NCBI RefSeq assembly: GCF_964188315.1 | Contig: NC_135667.1 | Coordinates: 24,924,001 to 24,988,000, forward strand | Source of the DNA: Podarcis muralis | Lineage: Eukaryota | DNA length: 64,000 bases | Direction: 5' to 3' | Part shown: positions 1 through 11,503 of the stretch, in pieces | How the letters are laid out: each line of letters starts with the position of its first letter | Numbering within the stretch: the stretch's first letter is position 1 | The notes under the pieces: model-generated | The model's input: the letters and a program-made list of their open reading frames with translations, nothing else | What the model was told of the DNA's origin: nothing | Databases searched by the model: none | Translations under genes and position numbers: made by a program

Positions 1-1689
1 TGTGATGCAAAATTACGGCCCATGCCTGGGGGAGAAATAGCTCTCAAGTGTGACTATTTCAGGATTCTTTTGATTGAGTTAGCACAATGGTTATTTCTCC
101 AAGCACATTAAAACTTAACTGGATTCCCTGTAAAAATACTTCAGCTAGAACAAATCATAGACACTTAGCTTGGAAAATATGTGAAGATATTTACTCATAG
201 AATTTCAAACCTTACAGCAAGCAAGTCTCTATCCATTGGCAGTACAAAAATTAAAGAAGTAAATGTGATCTCAAAAAGTGACTCGAAAAGAAAAGAGCTT
301 CATTTTCTTGCAAAAAGGAACATGCAATCTTTTGGTTGCATGTTAAGATCCCCAGGAGCTTCCCAATAATAAAGACACAATTGACAAGGAATTTAGCTTT
401 AGGTTATTGGCAAATTTTTGGCCACAATTTTATTGATTACAGATAGTGAGTGGTTTGTTTAGGCGTTGGTTCCTGACTAGCTGCACCTGACCTCAGCAGG
501 ACAAGACTGACGACTTGGCCCCACCATATCGTCAGTACAGGTAAACACCATGGGGGAGCATTGTTATGGTCATGTGACTCAAGTTCCCCAAAATGCTCCC
601 AGGGACTCTTGCGTGGTCCTACCCCCCCCCAAAGGTGTCGACAAAAGCATTAGGAGTCCATGGATTCCTTTAACGGAATACCTGTTGCGCATTGGAGGGG
701 CCAGGTTATCTGACCTCCCCTCCAGACCACCTTGAACCAATGCCTAACCGCCACAAAAGCACCTGCGCTCACCGCCAAAAATTACTCACACCTGCAACCA
801 AACCTTTAACCCCGCTGACACTTTAGTCAGCCAAACATCATTGCATGGACAGGCGGAGTCCCCCAAACCCTGGGTGGCCCCCTTGTGGAATAACGACTCA
901 AGACAACGTGCTATGGGATTAAAATTGGCCACAACTTAATTATGTTTCAGTTATGGGTAGACCTTGGCTTAGGCATTGGGCATTTATCCCTCCCAGTCCC
1001 CTGCCGGGGATATGGGAAACATCAGGGTTGGGGGGGGGGGAGAGATGGGCTGGCTCTGGAGAACATAGGTTCAATCAGAGAGAGCCCGCCCCTGTTAAGC
1101 TGCCATCGCAGGGGAGAGCAATGGCAACCTCTAGGCATACGGCCAAAGCCTCCCCCCAAACAACCACTTTAACGGGGAACCCTGGGATCGCCGCCGCAAA
1201 GAGGAGGGGGCGTGGGTCACCGCTGCACCCCCCCATTTAGGGAAGATAGATTAAAGGATTCCGCCCAAGGCCTGATACCGCCAAGGTTGTGATGTTTTGC
1301 TACAGGAAAGGCAAACATGCCAATGCAGGAGAATTCTTTCCAGCCCTCAACAGCAACCTTGACGTTGCAGTGCCCGCGTACCTGTGGAGAAAAGGTTAAC
1401 CTGCAGAAGAAGTCTTAACTGAGGATGGGTAGGGTGGGAGAAGCTCTGGAGCCAACTGACGATTCCCAGGTAAGATCCTCCCCCTATTGTGTGGGCAGGT
1501 AGTCCCTCTCCCTACCTGGTCTGATCACCTTGGCAACGCCTCCCCAGGCAGGATTGGGCAACTGGCTGAGGTAGGTGGAGACCTCCAGGTATCCCACCTG
1601 GAAAAGGCGAAGCCAAGCCTGTGCTAATGGTGCCGCATAGGGTCCAGGGGGTTGTGCACGACCACGCAAAGGGTGCCTCCCATTTAATG

Positions 1690-2215
1690 AGGTGAGTGGT
1701 CATTTCCAGAATCAGAAAGATGTACTCCATCTGACCTGTACAAAACCCCATCTTTGAAGGAAATGCCTGCATGGTGGATAACCGCACCTCCCAAGGCTAG
1801 GACCTTCTTGGCCGCTGCACCATCCATGCACTTTCTTGCCTTCTCGGTGGCAGCTGGGCAGTGGCTGCCGTGTCACACATGTCGCTGAAGCAATTGCAAC
1901 CAAAATATTTTGAGTTCAGGGAGAGCTGCCATCAACTCATCCAAGTCCTCTTGCACGCTGGAACGCAAACTTATGCTGAGGGAAGACGGCAAACCTTTTT
2001 GCGCAGCTGCACCACCAACACTGGGGGAAGACCTTCACAGGTCACACTTGACCTCACCAAAGGGAGGAACTCCTCCCAAAGCATTCCCTATCTGGACATC
2101 CAGGATACGTTCACATGGGCAGGAAGGCCATGATGGCACCCCAGTCCAGACTCGTCAGCGCGCTTGCCAGCCCAGTGCATGATGCTGTGGACAACAATCC
2201 AAATGGCATCATTGG
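1690..2215 (-). pseudogene. SGNH/GDSL-like hydrolase ORF remnant directly downstream of YR
   Basis: Manual translation: IWIVVHSIMHWAGKRA...VSWMSR*GMLWEEFLP...PPVLVVQL...KIFWLQLLQRHV*...YRSDGVHLSDSGND, including the terminal DGVH (DxxH) motif; several stops and a frameshift. Confidence 0.75.
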
Positions 2216-2921
2216 CGACGCTTCCTGATGTAACCCTTGTCAGCGTCAGACTTCCAACAAGCCTTATTCATAATCCTGTCCACTGACAGGCCCCAGTGTG
2301 CAGCCTTTGTAGCAGCACCTATTGGGAAGGAATTAGGCAGTAGGCAAGTCACAGGCTGCAATAACTGGCACACGACATGAGCAAATTGATGCCTGGCTAA
2401 CAGGGACCCGTTTTAGTGCTCTAGGAGTGGGCCAGCCCCCAGGGAGGTGAAGAGCCCTAGGCAAGGGCCTGCCTCACCAGTGACCGGAAGCCTGATGGTG
2501 GCACCCCTGCCCACTAGGTCTGTCTTAGAGCTCCTGACTCCAACAACAAGCTCCAAAGCAGATAATGAAAAGTCCTGAAGCAATAAGCCTCCAGACTCTC
2601 CACCCCGTGCTGGCTCCAACACAATTTCCCCAACTCTCAGTACACCAAAACTGCAATGGAATACTGAAAGAAGTCTCGCCTCGATCTTTAACCAGAGACA
2701 AGTCTTAACTTGTTGCGGATACTGCATAGAAGGTCAAAATTGACCGGTTTCCTGCCCGCTGTCCTGTGATGTTGGAGCCTATTCCCACCTTCCAAGGCCC
2801 TGTGCATGACAAACTTTTCACAAAGGTCTCTGGAAAAGAAAGCTTTATTATAACAGAAATTGCAGTGGACTGAAATCTGATAGTTTTCAGCACGTCCGAT
2901 CTGCAGCAGGTGGGCCAACAC
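2209..2921 (-). pseudogene. Tyrosine recombinase (YR) ORF remnant with frameshifts and stops
   Basis: Manual translation gives FGVLRVGE...VRSSKTDLVGRG (2413-2727 track ORF) and GSLLARHQF...NSFPIGAATKAAHWGLSVDRIMNKACWKSDADKGYIRK. This matches the Ngaro YR motifs F.ALR.GE, SKTD, HSFRIGAAT and GRW.S.AY..YIR. Confidence 0.88.
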
Positions 2922-3362
2922 TATGAACTGTGCTCAGAAACGTACTGGGAGGCAATGTTGGTCTTTCAAGACCAGTGTTGTCATTTCATCTAGGTGCTGT
3001 CACTCCTTTGAAAACCTGAATACTCTGTTAAAATGGCTCTTTGCATGATGTGGGGTGACAGAGTAGACAGGAAACATGACCTGTTACTATCCATAAACCA
3101 GAGGATTAAGTGCTACTGAGATGTGTTCAGCCTGTTGTAGGCCACTTTGAAAACCATGCAAGTGAACAATGGGGTATAAACTTCAACATACATACATAAA
3201 TGTATTATCAACATGCCATGAGATCTGACAAGCAAAAGTGTGATAGAGCTGAGCTGAAGGAATGCAAGATGACCATTTGAAACAAGGCAGATGTTGAGTT
3301 TGAATATCTGAATCTATTAGGAAAATTTAACTTGAAATGATACTGTGTTCCAGGAGCGCCCT

Positions 3363-4340
3363 TTAATTATACCTTTTCAAAACAAGCCTGGAAGATATAT
3401 ACAGAGGAGATTTCCTCAAACCCAACAGTTTTGATAATGCATTTTTTATCTCCTTATTTCTCATGCTATAGATTATTGGATTGAACATGGGTGGTACAAG
3501 ACTATACATCACAGTTAATGCAAAGTCCCCATCAGATGGAGTCTTAGAGGGAGGCCTAAGGTAAGCAAAACATCCTGTGAAACAAAATACGGAGAAGACA
3601 ACGAGGTGAGGTATGCAAGTGGAGAAGGCCTTTTTCCTTCCCTGTACAGAAGGGATTTTCAGAACTGCAGTAAAGATGTGCACATAAGTGACAACAATGA
3701 AGACAAAACATCCAAACACAACTATTATACTCACCACTATAGCTCCAATTTCCATTAGGTAGAAGTTTGAGCAGGCAAGTGTAAGTAACTGTGGGATCTC
3801 ACAAAAGAACTGATTGACAATGTTGGAGCAGAAAGGGGTTGCAAAAGTTGCACTTGTGTGCATGACTGCATACAAAAGGCCAGTGACCCACACGCCAGCA
3901 ACCATTTGTTTGCAGGCTGCCTTGTTCATCAACATTTCATATTGTAATGGATTGCAAATGGCAACATAGCGATCATATGCCATGACTGTAAGAAGGAAAA
4001 TATCAGATGATAAGAAGAAAAGAAACAAAAGAACTTGAGCAACGCATCCAGTGTAAGAAATGTGTCTGGTATTCATGAGAGAATTCACGATCGATTTGGG
4101 GATGGTGACTGAAACAACCCCTAGGTCCTGGATGGCCAAGTTCATCAGAAAGAAGTACATGGGAGTGTGAAGGTGGTGGTCAAAAGCTACAGCAGAGATG
4201 ATGAGAAGATTCCCCAATACAGTTGCCAGATACAATGCCAGGAACAGAGAGAAGTGTAGAATCTGCAGTTCTCGTATTGCTGAGAACTCCAAGAGCAGAA
4301 ATTCAGAGACAGAGGATTCATTACTTATTTTCTCCTTCAT
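3363..4340 (-). CDS. Olfactory receptor, class II, OR14-like (325 aa), intact
   Basis: LHTPMYFFL, MAYDRYVAIC, KAFSTC and PPMFNPIIYSMRN motifs. Start taken as MKEK (4340), just after a polypyrimidine/AG acceptor at ~4361, not the track start at 4412. Confidence 0.96.
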   Translation of the reverse strand: MKEKISNESSVSEFLLLEFSAIRELQILHFSLFLALYLATVLGNLLIISAVAFDHHLHTPMYFFLMNLAIQDLGVVSVTIPKSIVNSLMNTRHISYTGCVAQVLLFLFFLSSDIFLLTVMAYDRYVAICNPLQYEMLMNKAACKQMVAGVWVTGLLYAVMHTSATFATPFCSNIVNQFFCEIPQLLTLACSNFYLMEIGAIVVSIIVVFGCFVFIVVTYVHIFTAVLKIPSVQGRKKAFSTCIPHLVVFSVFCFTGCFAYLRPPSKTPSDGDFALTVMYSLVPPMFNPIIYSMRNKEIKNALSKLLGLRKSPLYISSRLVLKRYN

Positions 4341-5760
4341 TAATAAAAATCTTCCTGTCACTGGAAGAAAACAGAAAGATAAACATTGGTTTAAGTCCTC
4401 TTGTGATAACAAATATTTACTACATTGGAAGAGGTTTTTTGGATGTTGCAGGTAAAAGAAGTGAACAAAAAAGGAGAAACAATAAATATTTATTTAAATG
4501 AGAACATAGCCTTCAACTCCATATAGATAATATATCATTATTTTAAAATAAACTTCCCACTTTTTCAAAACTAGTAGATGTTCTCAAGCTCTTGAAGTTT
4601 AATGCTGCCACTGCTAGAGGAGGAACACAGGAGTCCTACTGCCATCATTGCCATACTTGCTTAGTATATGGCAATATGCAGAGGACAGATGTACCTTGAG
4701 AGAATTCCCATATTTACAAAAGGTATTTTGATATTGTAATTCAGCATCAAAACTGAAGTAACTCTCAAATATAAGGGGATAACTTGCTGCCTATATGATG
4801 CAGATTCAAAATCAAGTTTATTCTATTAAATGCAATGTCCATAACAATCTGAGTCATGGACATGTTAAAAGCTTGATTCCTAATATCCCTGTTCTTTCAG
4901 TGAGGTCTTTGGCAAGAGTCACTGATAATAGTTCCACATGTCTCACACACTTGGCACATACTCACCTATATTCTAAATTCTAGGCCTAATGTTTAGCTCT
5001 CCCTGCCAGTTAAGATCACACAGGTTTCAACTGTTCTTATCTTTGTTATATGTTTTTAACCTTAATGCATGCTGTGCACAAACCACATTGTTTTGCATGT
5101 AAAATGTATAGGTTCAAAGCTGCTTTGCTCTTCCCCAGACCTTTTTGCTACCTCATTATGCTAAGCCAAGAAAAGGCGCTTCAGCTCTCTCCTCACTCAC
5201 TTGGAGCTGCAGTGAAGGTTTGTTCTTGGGTGAAGTTCATGGTTGGTGAGGAGAGAGGCTAACCGCTAGTCCTGTTTTGGATGACATGCTGAAACAAAAC
5301 TTGGTGCAGCTTGAGCTGACAGTAAAAAGGATCATGGAGGAGTATAGCTACTGTGCTTTCCTCTCCATGAGGTTCAACATTTGTGCAGTCTTCCCAAGAT
5401 AATATTTGGTTTAGTATGTCATGGAAACCAGGTCATTGGGTATTCTATGCAAGTCTCAATAAGTTCCAGGAGAGACCCCAACAAGCAGGTTTCCTGATTC
5501 TACACAATACACTATAGAAATATTGTCTGTGTTTACTCCTCTGAAAACTACACAGGTATCACTAAAGTTATAAACTTATAAATATCTTACTTTTTTCCTT
5601 AATAGAAAGTTGATTTCCAGATGCAATTTCTTCATCACTTTATTTTCATCTTTTTAAATAATAATAATAAGCATCCCATCCTTTTCTTCTGGAACAGTGA
5701 ACCTATCTGTATACTCATGCAGAATGAAGCTTTTACCATGGGGTGGAAAATTATAACATG

Positions 5761-5763
<3 letters not shown>

Positions 5764-5806
<43 letters not shown>
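5764..5806. repeat. (CA)n microsatellite
   Basis: Direct reading. Confidence 0.95.
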
Positions 5807-5810
<4 letters not shown>

Positions 5811-6071
5811 AAACCCCCCCCCCCCACACTCCTCAGAGTTTGGTCTCAAGAGCCTAACACAAATGATCAATTGTGTCCCTGGAAGCTTGGACTCAGGAGT
5901 CCCACAAAAATTAAAGCAGTGTTTCTAAAGACTTGGCCACATGATTCTAACACAAATAATCAAGGTATTTAAATAGAAAGAAAGAAACAACTTCCTGTTT
6001 CAAAATAGCACACTACATAACATTTAAAATAATAATAATGCTATATAAGTCTCTCTAGAACCTTCTAGAAT

Positions 6072-6425
6072 CAGGTAGGTAGCCGTGTTGGTCTGCCATA
6101 GTGGAAATAAATAAATCTTGAAAAGATTATTAAAAAAACTATTCCAAAAAAATCCTTTAAAAGAATCAAGTCCTTAAAAAAAAAGGGCCTAAAACAGTCT
6201 TTAAAAGAATCCTTCCAATATATATATATATATATTAAAAATTGTCCAGTAGCAGCTTAGAGACCAACTAAGTTATTCTGGGTATGAGCTTTCGTGTGCA
6301 TGCACACTTCTTCAGATACTCTGAAACAGAAGTCACCAGACCCTTATATATAGTGGGAGGGTGGGGAGGAGTATTTCTCAGAAGGGTGGTGGGAATGGGT
6401 GCTTGGCTAATGGAACCTTCTGGTT
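6072..6425. mobile_element. Penelope-like element terminal-repeat fragment
   Basis: GTAGCCGTGTTGGTCTG...TTAGAGACCAACTAAG...GAGCTTTCGTGTGCATGCACACTTCTTCAGATAC is recognisable as the squamate Penelope-type terminal repeat (from recall, not searched). Confidence 0.65.
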
Positions 6426-9176
6426 TCAACTGGACTTTCTTACACTCATTTCTTTCTTTCTTTTTTGAATAACGTTTTTATTTAGTTTCATGATACAGAG
6501 AGTTGTGTGACGTACGACTGGCTCAGTATTCCCCGCTCCATTTCCCCCCTCTGCTGTGTTCCTCCCACTTCTGCCATTCTTTCTTCTCCTTTTCGATCTC
6601 CAGAAGAGTTGCTGTCTGTTGCATTGCAGTGCTTGCCTATCTGAGGTCACCTTTAGTTGTCAAGCTATCAGTGATATTATTTTTGTCTCAATCTCTGATG
6701 TAACCGAGACTGAACACCTTGTGTTACGTCAGAGTTATGCTGTTTCGCACATTGTAGTCTGGTCCTGACTTTTCCATGAAACAGAAGCTCAGCAGGGGAT
6801 CTTCCCTTTTCTAGTGATGTGACCTTGTAATTTAGTAATGCCAAATAAGAACCTGTGTTAGTCATAGGCTTTTTTTCAGCAAATCCTTTGCAATTTTCAC
6901 TTTGATTTATGCCAGCCCACTAGACTAAAGTCTCTGTATGTGGGACTAGAGGTAACATTGAAAATATATATATAGTAAACTTCTTAAATATTTGTGATGC
7001 AATCTGAGGGTCATTATCATTCCTGAAAATCTGAGGTAACCATGCCTGGGAAAAGATAGCTCTCAAGTGCTATTCTCAACTGTGACTATTTTTGTGTAAT
7101 TTTGTTGCAGAAAGAGGTTTGGAAGGGAGATTCTTCAACCTCTCATAGTAGAGCTGATACAATTGTGATTTCTCCAAGCACATTAAAACTTAGTTGGATT
7201 TACATCTGCCGCCCTCCACCTTCAAACAAACATTTTCCCTGAAAATACTTCAGCTATAATAAATGATAGACACTTTAGCTTAGCAAGTAGGTGAAGATAT
7301 CTACTCACATAGTTTCAAAAGTTGCAGCAGGTAAATCTCCATCCATTGGAAGTAAATCAAACAAAACAAAACAAAACAAAACAAAGAAGTAAAATGTTCT
7401 AAATGACTTAAAAGGAAAAGAGCTTGGTTTTGTTACAGAAAGGAAGATGCAGGCTGTAAAATCACATTTTGGGAAGATTCAGTTCACTTGGGCTCTTTTG
7501 TAGCTGGGAGCCATGCTACAACTGCAGCTTATTCCAGGAAGCAGCAGAGTGGAGGGACAGAGACTGCTTGGAGTCTGCTAACTCCACCTACCTAGCAACT
7601 TGATCTCTGTTGGATCTAGGAAGCTTTGGATCTAGGAATTCTTTGTGTGGAATTACTTCCCCATTGTGAACTTCCTGTCCTCTATTTTGTTTTCTAAAAG
7701 GACAAGGCTTTTTATTTTATTTTTAAGATTTTGAAAGATTGTGTCAGTGATCTCTGTGTCAGAGTCCCTCACCAAAGATAAGAGCTGGACAACATGATTC
7801 ATTTTCTAGGTGTTTAAACAATTCAACTCTCCCAAGTAACAGATTTAAATCTTTGTGGTAATGTGTGTTTATTTAAACTGCAGCCAGGTGTTCTACTTAC
7901 AGGTATGTGAAGGATGCCCTGTGTCCACTTATTGCCAACCCAGAGGTTCAAAGTAGTGAGAAGGAAGAAAAATAAACTTGTAATGTATTTAAACTCATTG
8001 TGGGTTCCAGTTTAATGATAGCTCTTTTAAGGCACAACACTTCATTTTAGACATGCTTATTTATGTGAGGCACAATATCTAGTTTCAAGCAGACACTATT
8101 TACAGAGAACTTTAAAACCCCAGTCAGCATTCTTACTGAAACCTCTTCTCGGGTTAGACAGTTTTCACCTATAATTGGCATTTGCCATAGCAAAAATCTC
8201 ACAGCCCCTTCTAGGATTTTTATTTCCCCCTCAGGTAATCAAATTGGTAATCCCTGTTTAACTAATTCCTAATCCCAATCAAGGCATGTCCATGTCTCCC
8301 TAGGTTCCTATCTAAATGACATACAATCCCATCTAGCCAATATGCAACCCTTCTATCTGTTTAACTGTCAAATTCTGCATTTGTGACTCCAGATTGGCTT
8401 TTGTTCTAAACAACTCTGACTAGTTGCTGACTCAAGGTCTGTCCATCACAATCACATTTGCCTGTGCTCCTGTGTCCAGCTCTTATACCCTCACATTTGT
8501 CTCTAAGGGAGTGGTCCATTCCCTTGCCCCCTGGTCTGTTTTTATTACAGTAGTGATGCAAAAGTCTGCCTCTGTGTTGTCCTGTATTTTCGTCTAATCC
8601 TGCCTTAGATGGCAACACACTTTTGTAGGTTGTATTTTTGCAAGCACTGTGACACTTCCTTATCAGAGGACAGTGTTTGTTTCTATGACTGCCTCCAAAC
8701 TGCATGCACTTCTCTTGTTGAGATGCTAATTCACATTCCAGTAAATCTGTGAATTCCTTCCCCCCACCTCAATATGTTCATCTAGGTGTCATCACTTTTG
8801 TGAAATCCTGAATACTCTGGTCAAATCACTGTTTGCATGCTGTTGGGGGACAGAGCAGACGAGAAATATGGCCTCTTACTATCCATAAATCAGAGGATTA
8901 AGGTCTGCTGAAATGTGTTCAGCCTGCTGTAGGCCACTTTTAGAATCATGCAACAGATCAGTGGGCTATAAGTAAGTACATAAATAGGTACATCAACAAG
9001 GCATGTGATCTGAAAAGCAAAAGTGTGAAAGATACAACTGAGCTGCATAAATGCAAGATAACCATGTGACACAGGGCAGATGTTGAGTCTGCATATCTAA
9101 ATTTATCTGGAAGCTGTAACTGGCAATGATGATGTGTTTCAGGAACTCCCTTTAATTATACTTACACATAGAGAGT

Positions 9177-10148
9177 TCACCTTTTCAGAACAATCCTGGA
9201 AGATATATCTAGAGAAGATTGCCTCAAACCCAACAGTTTCGATAAAGCATTTTTGATCTCCTTATTTCTCATGCTATAGATTACTGGATTGAACATGGGT
9301 GGAACAAGACTATACATCACAGTTAATGCAAAGTCCAGGTCAGATGGAGTTTTAGAGGGAGGCCTAAGGTAAGCAAAACATCCTGTGAAACAAAATACGG
9401 AGAAGACAACCAAGTGGGGTATGCAAGTGGAGAAGGCCTTTTTCCTTCCCTGAACAGAAGGGATTTTCAGAACTGCAGTAAAGATGTGCACGTAAGTGAC
9501 AACAATGTAGACAAAACATCCAAACACAAATGTTATACTCACTACTAAAGCTCCAATTTCTGCTAGGTATAGATTAGAGCAGGCAAGTATAAGTAACTGT
9601 GGGATCTCACAGAAAAACTGATTGACAATGTTTGAGCAGAATGGAGTTGCAAAAGTTCCACAAGTGTGCAGAACTGCATAGAGCAGACCAGCAACCCACA
9701 CACCAGCAATCAATTTTAGACAGGCTGCCCTGTTCATCACCATTTCATATTGCAATGGATTGCAAATGGCAACGTATCGGTCATATGCCATGACTGTAAG
9801 AAGAGCAAACTCAGATGAGATAAAGAAAACAAATAAGAGGATTTGAGCAACACATCCAGCATAAGATATGTATCTGGTATTCATGAGAGAATTGGCTATG
9901 GATTTGGGGATAATGACTGAAATAGCTCCTTGGTCTTGGATGGCCAAGTTCATCAGAAAGAAGTACATAGGAGTGTGAAGGCGGCGATCAAACGCTACTG
10001 CAGAGACAATGAGAAGATTCCCGAATATAATTGCCAGGTACAATACTAGGAACAGAAGGAAGTATAGAATCTGCATGTCTCGTATTGCTGAGAACTCCAG
10101 GAGTAGAAACTCAGACACAGCAGATTTGTTATCTATTTTTGCATTCAT
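9177..10148 (-). CDS. Olfactory receptor, class II, OR14-like (323 aa), intact; tandem paralog of 3363-4340
   Basis: Full OR motif set; C-terminal third almost identical in protein to the 3363-4340 gene; flanks homologous. Confidence 0.96.
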   Translation of the reverse strand: MNAKIDNKSAVSEFLLLEFSAIRDMQILYFLLFLVLYLAIIFGNLLIVSAVAFDRRLHTPMYFFLMNLAIQDQGAISVIIPKSIANSLMNTRYISYAGCVAQILLFVFFISSEFALLTVMAYDRYVAICNPLQYEMVMNRAACLKLIAGVWVAGLLYAVLHTCGTFATPFCSNIVNQFFCEIPQLLILACSNLYLAEIGALVVSITFVFGCFVYIVVTYVHIFTAVLKIPSVQGRKKAFSTCIPHLVVFSVFCFTGCFAYLRPPSKTPSDLDFALTVMYSLVPPMFNPVIYSMRNKEIKNALSKLLGLRQSSLDISSRIVLKR

Positions 10149-10572
10149 AACTAAAATGCTTTCTGCCTCTGAAATAAAACAGAGAGATGAACATTGATTA
10201 AATCCTGTTCTGATAACAAATATTTAATAAACTCTATCTTAAAAATGTATCACAGTGGTTTACAAAACTGTAAAAACATAAATGTTCTATCTCTTTCCTT
10301 GCTATACTTTATGCATATGCTAAATGCAGCAGAAACAATCTGCAGAGGTAAGATGTCTCTCTCCATAATCTCCATACTCACAAAACACATTTTTATATTG
10401 TAATTTAATATTAGAATTGAAAAACTAGCTCTTAAGTCTCACAAGATAACTTGCTACTCAAATCAAGTTCAAGGTTCTTGTATTAAGTGACTATGTCAAT
10501 AACAACTTAAGTCCAGGAGAGCTTAGGTGTCTGATTCCTTATATGCCTGTCTTATCACCAAGGTATTTGGCA

Positions 10573-11161
10573 CATAGCTGTAAACTTACAGATTTGAAAA
10601 TAAGGGACCAGCAGCCTTGAAAATAAGGGATCAGCAGCCAAAATAAGGGACCTGTGGCCTCACCTGCTCCAGGCACTCCAGTCTTCCTGTCCTCCTGCAG
10701 TCTGGTCAAACTCATGCTGGTAGCTTCAAGAACACTGTCCAACCAACTTTGTAACCAGAGGTTCAACTGAATAGAATCTGAATCACATGCACCACAAGCC
10801 CTATGCAGCCTCAACTTAAGATGGCTCCCCGGCCTAGCTTTGCACTGCAAAGTTTGCAGCAGCATGTGTAACAAAAACCCCCTCAGCTTGCATTAACTAG
10901 CCACACACAAGGCATGCAAGCTCCAACCCCACCAGTCGTTCTTAGTCTTCTTATTGGGTGAGCAACACAGCCAAGCAACAAAGTTGGAGCCTCCCTCCTA
11001 CCTGGCCAGCAGGGAGGGAGGGAGAGGAGCTGCTTCCTTTGAAATTTAAGGGACATCATTTAAGGGACATTTAAGGGACATCCATCAATAAGGGACAGCA
11101 GCGGGACATGGTGCTGGAATAAGGGACTGTCCCTTCAAATAAGTGACACTTGACAGCTATG
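10573..11161. mobile_element. Non-autonomous hAT transposon (MITE)
   Basis: TIRs CATAGCTGT(A/C)AA...TTGACAGCTATG; perfect 8-bp TSD ATTTGGCA (10565-10572 and 11162-11169); subterminal AAGGGAC repeats; absent from the paralogous position in unit 1 (~4950). Confidence 0.85.
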
Positions 11162-11336
11162 ATTTGGCATATTCTCATGGTTCACCCAAATGACTTGTAT
11201 CGTTATTCTGGGTCAAATTTTCAGGAACACCTTCCCAGCTAAGACCAGACAGAATTTAACCGGGGTTTTTTTAAAAAAATATTTTTTTAAAAAATGCCCA
11301 TTTTTAACCTTAATGCACACTGCACACAGAACATGT

Positions 11337-11503
11337 TTTTGTCGTTTAGTCGTGTCTGACTATTCATGACCCCATGGACCAGAGCACAGCAGACACTCCT
11401 GTCTTCCACTGCCTCCCGCAGCTTGGTCAAACTCAAGTTCATAGCTTTGAGAACACTGTCCAACTATCTTGTCCTCTGTTGTCCCCTTCTCCTTGTGCCC
11501 TCA
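11337..11503 (-). mobile_element. RTE-BovB LINE 3' fragment
   Basis: GTCGTTTAGTCGTGTCTGAC...CCCATGGACCAGAGCAC...GGTCAAACTC is the reverse complement of the BovB 3' end. Confidence 0.75.

Larger units (their letters stand above)
380..2950 (-). mobile_element. Decayed tyrosine-recombinase (Ngaro/DIRS order) retroelement, 3' part: YR, SGNH ORF and probable terminal repeat region; boundaries approximate
   Basis: Minus-strand YR and SGNH remnants (next two features). The segment interrupts the homology between OR unit 1 (1-340, resuming ~2960) and OR unit 2 (6993-7450, resuming ~8770). A TTGGCCACAA(T/C)TT(T/A)ATT motif occurs twice (~418 and ~925). Confidence 0.75.

Noticed and set aside
4341-4412. 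24-aa N-terminal extension of the first OR (and 16 aa for the OR at 37499)
   Set aside because: The extensions cross a polypyrimidine/AG splice acceptor, so they are probably intronic.
7455-8104. Possible solo LTR (TGTAAA...TTTACA)
   Set aside because: No TSD and only 6-bp termini; insufficient support.
10590-11150. Regularly recurring AAGGGAC motifs resembling an array
   Set aside because: Subterminal repeats of a hAT MITE; not CRISPR, and the DNA is eukaryotic.
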